A stretch of DNA of 26,565 nucleotides from the NCBI RefSeq assembly GCF_006345805.1, contig NW_021836071.1, positions 1 through 26,565 on the forward strand, given 5' to 3'. Origin of the DNA: Octopus sinensis (lineage: Eukaryota). The translations under genes and the position numbers were made by a program. Below the pieces are notes generated by a model, which did not search any database, was not told the DNA's origin, and saw only the letters and a list, made by a program, of their open reading frames with translations. This document shows positions 1-11,519 of the stretch, one piece after another (positions within the stretch are counted from its first letter, which is position 1; every line of letters begins with the position of its first letter).

Positions 1-14
1 GCGTATATATACAT

Positions 15-135
15 ACATTTACGGGTCCAGGATGACGTAAAAAAGACGTGAAGAAAATGAGAAACGATACAGGCAACATCAAGAACATTCCCTTCATCAG
101 ATGTCCCCTATTTTATCTACTCCGCGTTTCGAAGG
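15..135. repeat. Fragment of an unclassified interspersed repeat (family E)
   Basis: aacatcaagaacattcccttcatcagatgt...tatctactccgcgtttcga aligns by eye with aacatgaagaacgattcctcatcagttgt...tatctactcctcatgtcga at ~10649-10697. Boundaries approximate. Confidence 0.55.
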
Positions 136-243
136 TATGTATGTATGTGTATGTATATGTATGCATGTATGTATGTATGTAAGTATGTATGTATGTATGT
201 ATGTATGTGTATGTATGTATGTATGTATGTGTATGTATGTATG

Positions 244-275
<32 letters not shown>

Positions 276-310
276 TGTATGTATGTATGTATGTATGTAT
301 GTATGTATGT
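136..310. repeat. (TATG)n microsatellite
   Basis: Direct tetranucleotide array with few interruptions. Confidence 0.98.
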
Positions 311-564
311 CTATACTGAACCTGAAAAGAAACATCGCACTGTAAAAGATTATTTGTTTCATACACGATACTGAGATTTTGTGGATGTTATCATATTTAT
401 AGATAATTTGGCACCAGGAATGTGTCACTGACCCGCAACGACGTTCTCTTTTATAAGCACAAGGATTACACGTGTTGTTCGAACTCTCTCACTTTTCTTG
501 AACATGGTACGTGTGTGTTTATATGTTTGGGCGTGTGCGTGTGTTTGTATGTGTGAATATGTCT

Positions 565-607
565 GCATACATACCTCTACATACATACATACATACACAC
601 ACACACG

Positions 608-644
<37 letters not shown>

Positions 645-690
645 ACATATATATATATATGTATAATATATATATATGTATATATATACG

Positions 691-767
<77 letters not shown>
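565..767. repeat. Compound (CATA)n/(CA)n/(TA)n microsatellite
   Basis: Seen directly. Confidence 0.95.
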
Positions 768-789
768 CATTAGAGCCTTTCAAATATAT

Positions 790-1199
790 CTTATCTTTCA
801 CTTGTTTCAGTCATTGTGTGCAGCCATGCTGGAGCACAACCTTCAATGGCTTTTTGTTGAACTAAAACCACCAGGATTTATGTTTTTTTAAAGCCTAGTA
901 CTTACTCTAATGGACTCCAGGCAGAACAGGTAAGTTACAGAGACGTAAACACACCAGCACCGGCTGTCATGTGGTGACGGGAATAGAGAGACAAGGAGAA
1001 AGACACACACACACATACACACAAATATATATTTGTTACGGGCTTCATCCAGTTTCCGTCTTCCAAACCCACTAACAAGGCATTGGTCGGCCCGAGGCTA
1101 CATTAGAAAACAGATGCTCAAGTTGCCACGCAGTGGGACTGAACCCGAAATGACGTGGTTGAGAAGCAAGTTTCTTACTGCACAGCCACGCCTGCTCCT
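790..1199 (-). mobile_element. tRNA-derived SINE, family B, diverged near-full-length copy
   Basis: Minus strand starts aggagcaggcgtggctgtgcagtaag (A-box-like), then gggttcagtccc (B-box-like), with an internal (TG)n tract. Colinear with the copies at 12150-12630 and 13135-13547. Confidence 0.88.
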
Positions 1200-1234
1200 A
1201 GATATATGAACAGAATAATTATATTCTCTATAAT

Positions 1235-1437
1235 TTAGCTCCAAGGCCAAACATTTTGAAGGAAGGTGTGAAAGTTGATTACTTCGTCCCCAGTGCTTGA
1301 CCGTACTTTATTTTATCGCTTAGGGGATGTTTAAAGGCATGCTTTGTCACGGTGGGATTCGCACCCAGGACATAATGTTGGAAGAAATTCCTCTTAGCAT
1401 TTTGTTCGACGCAGTAGAGATTCTGCTAGGTCACCGA
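1235..1437 (-). mobile_element. SINE family C, highly diverged copy
   Basis: caaggccaaacattttg...ccccagtgcttgaccgtactttattttatcg...cttagcattttgttcgacg is colinear with 11741-11966 and 13681-13850. Confidence 0.7.
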
Positions 1438-1917
1438 ATTTGGACGAAATAGAATGATAAAAGTAATTAAATGTCTCAGATAATTAATCCTCACATTAGA
1501 ACGAAGTAGTCAAACATTTTATAAAATATAACAGTTTTATATTTGCTAATAGAAGATTTAGCTATTTTTCACTGCTAATAAGATTTCATTACCATAAATG
1601 AAAAATTGTCCGTATTCGAAGTAACCCTGCTGTATTAATATTGATTAAATTTAATGAATTTTAATGCATAAAGATTTTTTTTTTTTAAATGGAAAATTTG
1701 ATGAAAATATTTTTGACAAAGAATGAATACAGTATTGATTCTTGTAAATTATCGAAAAAATTATTTTTGTTATGTATTTTTTTCTTGTCTGCTATTCTAA
1801 CAATGGTAATTTTTATCTTGGCACTCGAACTGCTGGTTTGACAACGAATAAATGTTCTGTTCTAGAACTTGCTTTAAAACACATAAAAATGAAATAAAAT
1901 AAATTTTCACAACTTAC

Positions 1918-1993
1918 CAGTTAAGATGAGACTTCAGTGGTGATATCATGTAGATTATTCCAGTCTTTGGAAAACTAGAAGCATATTTGTCAT
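1918..1993 (-). other. Candidate internal exon (76 nt), gene unknown
   Basis: Minus strand: long polypyrimidine tract ending ttttttgtttag, then donor CTG|GTAAGT. One open frame, (D)DKYASSFPKTGIIYMISPLKSHLN. No homology recognised. Confidence 0.35.
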
Positions 1994-2059
1994 CTAAACA
2001 AAAAAGTAGAGAGAGAGAGATGAAAGAAACAAAATAAATATTTGTTTTAAGTCTTTCAG

Positions 2060-2149
2060 AATAATACAGCATTTTAAGTAAAATATCGAAGAAGACAGAG
2101 TACGTATTAATTGAAACATTCTGGCAGGCAGCCACCATGGAAAATTCAA
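2060..2149 (+). other. Candidate start-codon-containing exon
   Basis: Acceptor gtctttcag|, exact GCCACCATGG at 2131-2140, donor CAA|GTGAGT at 2149/2150. Would encode MENS plus 1 nt. Confidence 0.25.
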
Positions 2150-2529
2150 GTGAGTTTCTATTATTTTCAAAATCTTTCTGAGACTGGTTTGGAGATAATT
2201 ATGGACACCTATATTTACTCTTTTACTGAATACTGACACCAGGAAACATAAGTTAAGCCAATAAAAATACGAACGAAAAAGTTGTATATTTCCAAAGAAA
2301 GTAAGAATTCCTGACATATTCGATTGCCAATCCTTTTCGATAAGAAAAGTGAATAAGAAGAAAAAAATCCATTTAAACTCTCAATGGAAACCTGTAGTGA
2401 CATACAAAAATATAAAAACGATAATATAAAATATGGCCGTTTTTATAAACGTGTTTTTATTATTTTAGCAGAATACCTACCGACTGGATGAACTCAGTAT
2501 ATGTATACGACTGAATAAATAGTCCTCTG

Positions 2530-2567
2530 ATATATGTATATATATATATATATATTATATATATATA

Positions 2568-2642
<75 letters not shown>

Positions 2643-2798
2643 CATACGCACATACACAAATATATGTATATATATATATATATAATATATATATGTATGG
2701 ATATATATATTACGTACATATATACATATATACATACACAACACTCATATATATGTATATATATATATATATACATACATACATATATATATAATATA

Positions 2799-2844
<46 letters not shown>

Positions 2845-2864
2845 CATACATACATACACACACC

Positions 2865-2895
<31 letters not shown>

Positions 2896-2945
2896 TATAT
2901 ATATATTATATATATACATATAATATATATATATATATAATATAC
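2530..2945. repeat. Compound (TA)n/(TG)n/(CATA)n microsatellite
   Basis: Seen directly. Confidence 0.95.
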
Positions 2946-3226
2946 ATAGAAGGGGAGTGCTGAGAGGTCTAAATAAACATTGGCTGCGATCTCACATATG
3001 TATGTAGTCATTTACTTAGACAGTATCTGCTACGAGAGTTTGAGAAAGAACTTTTCCTAAGAACATTTGGAATAAATGAAACAAATCAAGGAAGTATCTC
3101 CATGAAGTTCAAATACGAGAATCTTCTTGAAAAATATGGCAGCTGAAACATTATTGGGAACGGTCTTTATAATAACGTATATATATATATATATATATGT
3201 TTTACTGCACCTTCATAGTCCAGTAT

Positions 3227-3614
3227 GTGGAGGCGCAATGGCCCAGTGTTTAGGGCAGCGGACTCGCGGTCGTAGGATCGCGGTTTCGATTCCCAGACCG
3301 GGCGTTGTGAGTGTTTATTGAGCAAAAACACCTAAAAGCTCTACGATGCTCCGGCAGTGGATGGTGGTGATCCCTGCTGTACTCTTTCACCACAACTTTC
3401 TCTCACTCTTACTTCCTGTTTCTGTTGTACCTGTATTTCAAAGGGCCGGCCTTGTCACTCTCTGTGTCACGCTGAATATCCCCGAGAACTGCGTTATGGG
3501 TACACGTGTCTGTGGAGTGCTCGGCCACTTACACGTTAATTCCACGAGGAGGCTGTTCCGTTGATTCGGATCAACCGGAACCCTCATCGTCGTAACCGAC
3601 GGAGTGCTTCCATC
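3227..3614 (+). mobile_element. tRNA-derived SINE, family A, full length with 10-bp target-site duplication
   Basis: A-box-like tggcccagtgtt and B-box ggtttcgattccc. Flanked by agtccagtat at 3217-3226 and 3615-3624. The 3' two-thirds is nearly identical to 4078-4328. Confidence 0.93.
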
Positions 3615-4077
3615 AGTCCAGTATACTTTACTCAGTTGGTGAGTTAGAGTCAGTTGTCTGAATATTCGCCGAAAGCATTTTTTTCGGTGGGTAATTTGCC
3701 GTAGGAAATTTCAGCGTAAAGGGGACACACAAGCTTACTGTAAATTAGAGAAATCCGTTTAAAGTGTGGTAGTAAAAATGTTACTCCCCTTCCCAAATGA
3801 CAAAGTGGTATGTCTCAGTCACTATAAAATCAGGCAGTCAGTCGTTGTATGAGGTCTGTAGTAGTAGAGTCTTCGGAGGAATTCTCAATTTGAGTCAGTG
3901 TTAGTTACGTGATATATACGAGTTCTATTTACCGCCAAGGTAGGCGTTTCAAAGTCATTGTCTTGCTGAGCTATCAGCGATAGCACGATAGACGGGTCAA
4001 AGATAATAAGATGCGGAATACCGCCACAACATAACAGTGGCAACAAGAATATTACAGTGTCGACGGTAGTATACAAT

Positions 4078-4338
4078 TGGATGGTGGTGATCCCTGTTGT
4101 ACTCTTTCACCACAACTTTCTCTCACTCTTACTTCCTGTTTCTGTTGTACCTGTATTTCAAAGGGCCGGCCTTGTAACTCTCTGTGTCACGCTGAATATC
4201 CCCGAGAACTACGTTAACGGTGCACGTATCTGTGGAGTGTTCAGCCACTTACACGTTAATTTCACGAGCAGGCTGTTCCGTTGATTCGGATCAACCGTAA
4301 CCCTCATCGTCGTAACCGACGGAGTGCTAAGGAGGAGG
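4078..4338 (+). mobile_element. SINE family A, 5'-truncated copy with 13-bp target-site duplication
   Basis: Nearly identical to 3358-3608; atacaattggatg at 4071-4083 and 4339-4351; short (agg)n tail. Confidence 0.93.
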
Positions 4339-4560
4339 ATACAATTGGATGAGGATCTACATTATAGCATAAAGAAATTAATTTTTCCCTAATTAGTAGA
4401 TTAGTTGTTAGGTTGCTACTGCATTTTTTGTTGCAATTTTATTTTTCGGCCATGTTTTTTTTTTTTTTTTCCTTATTTTTTTGTAGTAAAGATGTTCACG
4501 GCGAATTTCGGTACAACGATCCGGGACGACGCAGCTTTGAGAATCACACATATTTCTCAC

Positions 4561-4653
4561 CGTGTTCTGTTTCAAAGCCATTTGACTAACTGGCGTAAAG
4601 TTGTTCATGATTCCAGCTTCTGGCCTGTCGACATACTCGCCTTTTTGGCTGTT
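4561..4653 (-). other. Candidate exon (93 nt, phase 0-0)
   Basis: Minus strand: branch-like ctaat, acceptor gtttcag|, donor ACG|GTGAGA. Only one frame open: NSQKGEYVDRPEAGIMNNFTPVSQMALKQNT. Unique, more GC-balanced sequence. A competing plus-strand acceptor lies at 4486. Confidence 0.25.
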
Positions 4654-4673
4654 CTGAAACGACCACAATTAGC

Positions 4674-4873
4674 TTCCTTCCTTCCTTCTTCCTTCCTTCC
4701 TTCCTTCCTTCCTTCCTTTAATCTGTTTGTTCTCGTACCCTCTTACCGTCGTAGTCGTGATCATCATAATCATCATCAAAATCACCATCATCATCATCAT
4801 CATTACGATTCTTCGCTTTCCTCACCCACTGCCTCCTCCTCCACTTATTATACTACAACTACTACTACTACTA

Positions 4874-4921
<48 letters not shown>

Positions 4922-4926
4922 CACTA

Positions 4927-4975
<49 letters not shown>

Positions 4976-5118
4976 TCTGTTGCTGCTGCTGCTACTATTA
5001 CAGCTACCAGTGCTGCACCTAGTACTGCTGTTGCTACTACTACTACTACTACTACTAGTACCACTACCACTGCTGCTGTTATTATTGTTCCTACTACCGT
5101 TGTGGCTGCTGTTGCTGT

Positions 5119-5162
<44 letters not shown>

Positions 5163-5190
5163 TTATTATTATTACCAATACTAATACTAC
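4674..5190. repeat. Compound (CCTT)n, (CAT)n, (TAC)n, (TGC)n simple-repeat block
   Basis: Seen directly; explains the poly-H/T/L/Y/C/A ORFs. Confidence 0.95.
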
Positions 5191-5356
5191 AGCTACTAAA
5201 TTTCGTCCGTCTTCATGTTCTGATTTTATATTTTTTATGAATTTTGCCTTTCATTCTCCGGGGTCGATAAAGTCAGTACCAGTTAAACACTGGGGGTCGA
5301 TGCTATAAGCTAGCCTCCTCCCTCCCAAATCCCAAGGGATTATCACTATTAGAACG
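5191..5356 (+). mobile_element. SINE family C, diverged copy
   Basis: ttttgcctttcattctccggggtcgataaagtcagtaccagttaaacactgggggtcgatg matches the family C core. Confidence 0.8.
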
Positions 5357-5514
5357 ATCATCATCATCATCACATCATCATCATCATCCTCATCATCGTC
5401 ATCATCATCATCATCATCCTCATCATCATCCTCATCATCATAATCCTCATCATCATCATCATCATCATCCTCATCATCATCATCATCATCATCTCATCAT
5501 CATCATCGTCATCG

Positions 5515-5545
<31 letters not shown>

Positions 5546-5561
5546 CATCATCATCATCATC
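5357..5561. repeat. (ATC)n microsatellite at the 3' tail of the SINE
   Basis: Array begins directly after the SINE end agaacg. Confidence 0.95.
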
Positions 5562-5739
5562 CTTGTCATGATTATGATTGATACAGCATCCGTTGTTAGT
5601 GTGTTCAGAATGGTGTTTGTGTCTCCATTATAAATTAATCTATAACACAACGTCATTGTAGAAATGTGTTATTGCGCAGGTGGTTTCCATCGAAACATTT
5701 TCGATAACTCATCGTTTGCATTCCACAATACGTCACAAT

Positions 5740-5784
5740 ACCACACGCATACATACATACACACACACACACATATATACATAC

Positions 5785-5824
<40 letters not shown>

Positions 5825-6047
5825 TATTATATATATGTATATATATTGTATAATATCTATATATGTATATATATATATATATACATTAGATATATATATA
5901 TATATGTGCATGTATATATATATATATTATATATATATATATTATCCATATACATAACATACATACATATACATATTATATATATTCAGCCTATATATAT
6001 ACACATACATATATGCATACATATATATACATACATATATATTATAC

Positions 6048-6083
<36 letters not shown>

Positions 6084-6165
6084 GTGTGTATATACATATA
6101 TACATATACATACATATATATATATATACACACATATATACATATACGTATATACATACATATAG
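5740..6165. repeat. (TA)n/(CA)n low-complexity microsatellite
   Basis: Seen directly. Confidence 0.95.
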
Positions 6166-7544
6166 CGTAAGCAGTTACACATTCCGTGGTGTGCTGTAAT
6201 TTAAAACATATACACTTTCAGATCTAAAACACTCTATGAACGCACGAACAATCGCATCACTATACAGCTATCACCATTGTTTTCTAAAAACATTTTACTT
6301 AAGGCCGTGGGTGGTTGAGCTTTTATGTATCAAGAAACAGTGTCAAATCTTTAAACCTCATAATGTAAAAGATTTTCAATTTTATTGATGAATGCAAAGT
6401 ATCCAGGTGAACATACGAACGACTCAAACCATGTTGCGTAAATGTCAGTACAAATTTGTACATTCAATGTAACCATTGTATACTTAAACAGTCAATAGTT
6501 CACCTATATTCTCAGGACTTAATTATTTTGAATTGAAATGAAACTAAAAATCAAAGAAGAGCAAAGAAAAATCTACCACGTTTATGACTCTCATATTGTT
6601 TCTCTTGACAGTAACCTAGACGTCGAAATGGTTTGTACACGAAACAAGTGATGTTGTTAGGTATAAAGAATATATACATTTTTTCCAAGAATTTGTACCA
6701 TAGTCGGTACGAAAATCCGATATCGTTAAAGTCACATATTGATATCATTAACACATTCAGAAGTCACATGTTTACATTAAGAGATAATAAAAATGGAGTA
6801 AAATTTATTCTACACATGAATCAGTTTCCGTGTGAGTTTGTTCTGCGCATTAGATGTTACAGGCGATGTAATAAACAATGTACGTTGTTGATATGTTTTC
6901 GCCTCGGTTCAGCCGGTGTAATAAACTGACAAATCTAAACGTATCTCCAAATTAAGACAGGAAATATTGATTACGTTCTTATTCAAGTAAAAATGCCCCA
7001 CAGGTAGGGGTACGAATATCGAAACGAAATTGAAGCCAACAAAACAAGACAAAGTATTTGTTGATAGTAAATTATGTTTGAAATTGGTATTAGCACGAGC
7101 TGTGAAAATAGCAGCTAACATCCCCTCAAATCACATTTTACGATGTAAGATTAGAGAAAGCCATAGTGTAATGTATAGATTTTCGCTAAAAAGAATCCAA
7201 TATAATTGTGACCGGAATGCATCGAACCAAACATCGCCCGCATTGCGACTGACCTGTTGTCGATAATTAACAACGGAAACGGCCATTACCACGTTAACTG
7301 CTAGAAATAATCGCTAGATATCTATAAAAATAGACCATGTGTGGTTTTGAAAAGGGAAGGACATGTTGAATAACAGTTTTGAATAACAATATGCAGGAAA
7401 TAAAAAATGAAAAGAAAAGTGATGGAACTGTTATGATTGATGTGCTTCTGAAGAACAGCAGCTACAAAAGGTCGCAGTTCGTCCAGATTAACATTATTTA
7501 ATATTTGTTCATTTCTGTTAGACAAAAGTGTTTTCTTATGACAA

Positions 7545-7941
7545 TCTCTATATGTATAAAGCTGAAGTTGTCTGTGTGGTGTGGCAGGTTTGGTAGCCTT
7601 CAACTAACACTATCTCCTCCGGGACCCTGCGATGCAAGTTGACCAAAATTGAGAGTATGATAGAAGAAGGTTTGCTCTCCCTTTCGTAGAAGAAAAAATT
7701 CAAATCGGACCATGTTAACGCCAAAAATTATTTACATCCAAAGGATGCTTTTTTTTTCTATGAAAATTCCTATTTTTTACGACATTTTTGCTACTGTGCC
7801 ACCATTTTTCGGTGTATTTCAACCAGAAAAATATTCACTTAAAGAGAATAACAAGCTACATAATGCAACATTTTTACTTTTCAAAAATCCCAATTCTAGA
7901 GGGTCGAAACAAACCCAAGCAACGCCGGCCCATACTGTTAG
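7545..7941 (+). mobile_element. Non-autonomous Helitron, copy 1
   Basis: Begins A|TC (tctctatatgtataaagc). Ends with a GC-rich subterminal motif cccaagcaacgccggcc and actgTTAG|T (CTAG variant). No TSD. Reverse-complement copy at 8293-8686. Confidence 0.82.
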
Positions 7942-8292
7942 TATTTATATAAATTGAGAAATGGATATCAAGTATATCTCTCAGTAGTTGACATGAACTA
8001 ACTTTATCTTCAAACTGATCTTTGGTACACGTGCTTATCTTCTGTTTCCCTCTCTCTATCTAGCTATCTATCTATCCATATATGGATTGCAACCAAGTTG
8101 ATCTATACGTGACATTGTGCTGAGCTGATTCTGTGCAACAATTGCAATATAATATTACACATATCTCTGGTATATTCAACCGCTTACACGAGCAGAAATT
8201 CAGTCTAGTATCTGGATGCTCCTCTTCGACAAACACGGGTGGTGCACCATATCTTAGAAAGAGGAAGATTACACCAAATAATATATTTTAAA

Positions 8293-8686
8293 CTAGCAGT
8301 ATCACCCCCGCTGTTACTCGGGTTTGTTTCGACCCTTTAGAATTGGAATTTTTGAAAAGTAAAAACTTAGCATTATGTAGCTTGTTATTCTCTTTAACTG
8401 AACATTTTTCTGGTTGAAATACAACGAAAAATGGCAACACAGCACGTCGGAAAATCGTAAAAATAAGGATTTTCATAGAAGAAAAGCGCCTTTTTGATGG
8501 AAATAATTTTTGGTGTTAACAAGGTCCGATTTGAATTTTATCTTCTACGGAAGGAAGAGCCAGCCTTCTTCTATCGTACTCTCAATTTTGGTCAACTTGC
8601 GCCGCAGGGTCTCGGGGGATATAGTGTTAGTTGATGGCTACCAAACCTGCTACACACAGACAACTTTAGCTTTATATAGAGAGAGA
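8293..8686 (-). mobile_element. Non-autonomous Helitron, copy 2 (inverted)
   Basis: Minus strand: A|TCtctctctatataaagc ... hairpin cccg-agtaacag-cggg ... actgCTAG|T. These are canonical Helitron termini in an AT target. Confidence 0.87.
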
Positions 8687-9269
8687 TTACCTAGTAAAAC
8701 AAATATCGGATGCTCATGGATTGAATAATTTGGACAATAAATATACGGAGGAATAATAACAATAACAACATCGAAGTAGCAACAACAGCAATAACAGCGA
8801 AAACAACATCGCAATCATGGATTACGGTATAATGTTTTGACTTTAAATTCATGGGTAGATATCGTGTTCATCTACAAAGTGCCTGCTCATCGTCGATAAC
8901 GTTGAAGGATAAAGCATTGTCTTAGAAAAAAGAAGATAATACGGAGTGATATATTCATGGATGGACTTCAAAAACAAAAGAAACTCGGGATGCTCGAGGA
9001 CAGAATGACCATAAATCTACTCGATCAATGATGGCCGGTGGTTAAACAATAACAAGAACAAGAGCAATGACAGAAGCGATGACACCACAAACATCGAGGA
9101 CAGCATAATGTTGAGATATCCTTTTCGATTTGCACAGAAACGAGTATAAAATGTCAAGTTAAAAGACGGGGATAAATTTCAGAAAAAAAGTGAGGTTTCC
9201 AGTGAAATGCGAATTTGCAGATTATATAATCAAATTAATCACATCTCTCTCTTTTTCTCATTTTCTCCC

Positions 9270-9340
<71 letters not shown>

Positions 9341-9398
9341 CTCAATGTAACTTTCTCACCTTCTCTTTCTCTCAATGTTTGCCTGTCTCTCGGTCTGC

Positions 9399-9438
<40 letters not shown>

Positions 9439-9439
9439 A

Positions 9440-9503
<64 letters not shown>

Positions 9504-9594
9504 CATCCATCCATCCATCCATCCATCTATCTATCTATCTATCTATCTATTTATTTGTTTATCTATCTATCTATCTATTTATTTATTTATTTAT

Positions 9595-9630
<36 letters not shown>

Positions 9631-9631
9631 A

Positions 9632-9662
<31 letters not shown>

Positions 9663-9670
9663 TTATTTAT

Positions 9671-9702
<32 letters not shown>

Positions 9703-9742
9703 ATATCTATCTATCTATCTATCTATCTATCGATCTATTTAT

Positions 9743-9774
<32 letters not shown>

Positions 9775-9855
9775 TTATTTATCTATCTATCTATCTATCT
9801 ATCTATCTGCCTGTCTTTCTATCTATATATCTATCTCTCTATCTCTCTATCTATA
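9270..9855. repeat. (CTTT)n followed by a long (TCTA)n/(TCCA)n/(TTTA)n microsatellite
   Basis: Seen directly; source of the 238- and 258-aa YLSI ORFs. Confidence 0.97.
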
Positions 9856-10544
9856 TGTCTGTCTGTCTGTATGTATGTATATCTTATAAGTATATATATT
9901 ATATAATATATACTATATTTATATATTATATTATATATATTATATATTTATACAATATATGTATATATTATATGTATATATTTATGTTTCTCTTTGTCAG
10001 TCTATCTGTTTCTCTATTTATCTATCTATGTTTCAATCTCTCTTTCTACATTTCTCCATACGCTTCTCTTTTAACTCAGAGATTGCAAAAAGAAAGCATA
10101 AGCGATTCAAACGCATATACTTCTCCCCCATGTAATCTTCCGCACTTGTAACACATACTGACATCTAAGTGTAAGCTCTGACATATAAACTCTGCGGAGT
10201 TTTACTTCTATTATAATTGAAATTATACTTCTCTTTATATATATTTTCCCTAATGTTTTTAACATTCTTCATTGAAGTTTGTTTTAAAATATCTATATAT
10301 AAACCATGATTTTCAGTCAGATGCCTGTTTGTCAATTGTGAAAATATTGGGATCAAATTTATGAACATTACAAATACTACGAAATTCCGAGCTCCAGAAA
10401 CAGGTGTCGTGTTAAAATATCATCCGTTCTCCAATCAGTTTTCTATATATATATATATATTATATATATATATTAATATATATATATATATATATATAAT
10501 ATTATATATATATATATATTTATATATATATACATACATATGCA

Positions 10545-10870
10545 TATTTGGGTTCATGACGTCACCAACAGTAAACAACATGAAATACGAAAAACATATG
10601 TGTTTAATAAATAAGCAACGAGAGAAACAAATGGAAAACAGAACAAGAAACATGAAGAACGATTCCTCATCAGTTGTCTATCTACTCCTCATGTCGAGCA
10701 TTGAATGGCAATACGAGTCTTTCAAAATAATTGCTCTCATATATACCAAAATAAAATTTTGGAATTATGGAAGGGCAAATTTGGGAACAAAAACAGGACA
10801 GTGGAGACATACAACGAAACCGAACGAAAAGAAACATGGAGGATCGCTAGAGCAGAACGATGATAAAATA
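10545..10870. repeat. Unclassified interspersed repeat (family E), longer copy
   Basis: Segment ~10649-10697 is homologous to ~75-132. Outer boundaries are a guess from composition and from memory of a similar octopus repeat. Confidence 0.45.
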
Positions 10871-11156
10871 ACGAACGCTGGAGAAATGTTTCCTTCGAAA
10901 AGAGAAAAGACAGAATAGAGAGAGGAGTGAGAGACAGACAGTCAGACAGGCAGAGCAAATCTGCAGCAGGAGCATTTGATAACTGTAAAAAAATTATGCG
11001 TACAGGTCGTTCGGCCATAGCTGAATCCCATAAACCGTCTTCGAAGGGACAGTCGATCCTATATGTATGTGTGTAGCCATATACTATATATCTATTTATA
11101 TATGTGTGTATGCGTACGTGTCAACGTATGTATGTACTTATATATAAGCATATACA

Positions 11157-11278
11157 TGACGGGCTGTCACACAGTTTCCTGTTACCGAATTCCCTAAAAG
11201 GGCATAGGGGCCGACTGATCCCTAAGTTCACTCAATTTGCAATGATAGCTCCTTAACAACACAGTCAAGCCCGCGCCT
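11157..11278 (-). mobile_element. SINE family B, degenerate internally deleted fragment
   Basis: gacgggctgtcacacagtttcctgttaccgaattccc and cttaacaacacagtcaagcccgcgcct resemble the corresponding parts of 13135-13547. Confidence 0.55.
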
Positions 11279-11519
11279 ATAAATTATATATTTTGTTTAT
11301 TCATTTCCTTTTTGTATCCGTTAATAGCTTTCAGGAAATTATATTTCCTCTCTTATAATTTATGCGTAAACAATATCCTTAGAGCGAAACTTTCATAAAT
11401 TCACTGCGCACAGAAGCGTCGTTGCATTATGAAGTTTCAGTTTTCAGTTTGGAATATCTGGTAATCACTTTCAGGGATGATTCGTATTTAATCGGTAAAA
11501 TAGCATAAAAATTGGTGGA

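Noticed and set aside
418-506. Plus-strand exon candidate ending ATG|GTACGT
   Set aside because: One open frame, but the acceptor has almost no pyrimidine tract and the peptide is unrecognised.
97-891. Stacked [12 protein letters not shown] ORFs here and at other TA/CA tracts
   Set aside because: Simple-repeat artefacts.
3229-3302. tRNA gene
   Set aside because: A/B boxes are present, but there is no complete cloverleaf and the sequence continues into a repeated SINE body bounded by a TSD.
3346-4284. Duplicated ORFs WMVVIP.VLFHHNFLSLLLP... suggesting paralogous genes
   Set aside because: Both lie inside family A SINE copies.
4405-5308. 205-aa and 193-aa homopolymer-rich ORFs
   Set aside because: Trinucleotide repeats are open in several frames on both strands; no domain signal.
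7712-8476. Similar ORFs on opposite strands (FQPEK.S.KENNKLHNA)
   Set aside because: Chance frames within the two non-autonomous Helitron copies; no Rep/helicase motifs.
9190-10151. 238-aa and 258-aa ORFs, the longest in the track
   Set aside because: They are translations of (CTTT)n/(TCTA)n/(TA)n microsatellites that lack stops by composition.
10361-10918. 185-aa ORF
   Set aside because: Runs through a (TA)n tract and an A-rich repeat; no recognisable protein.
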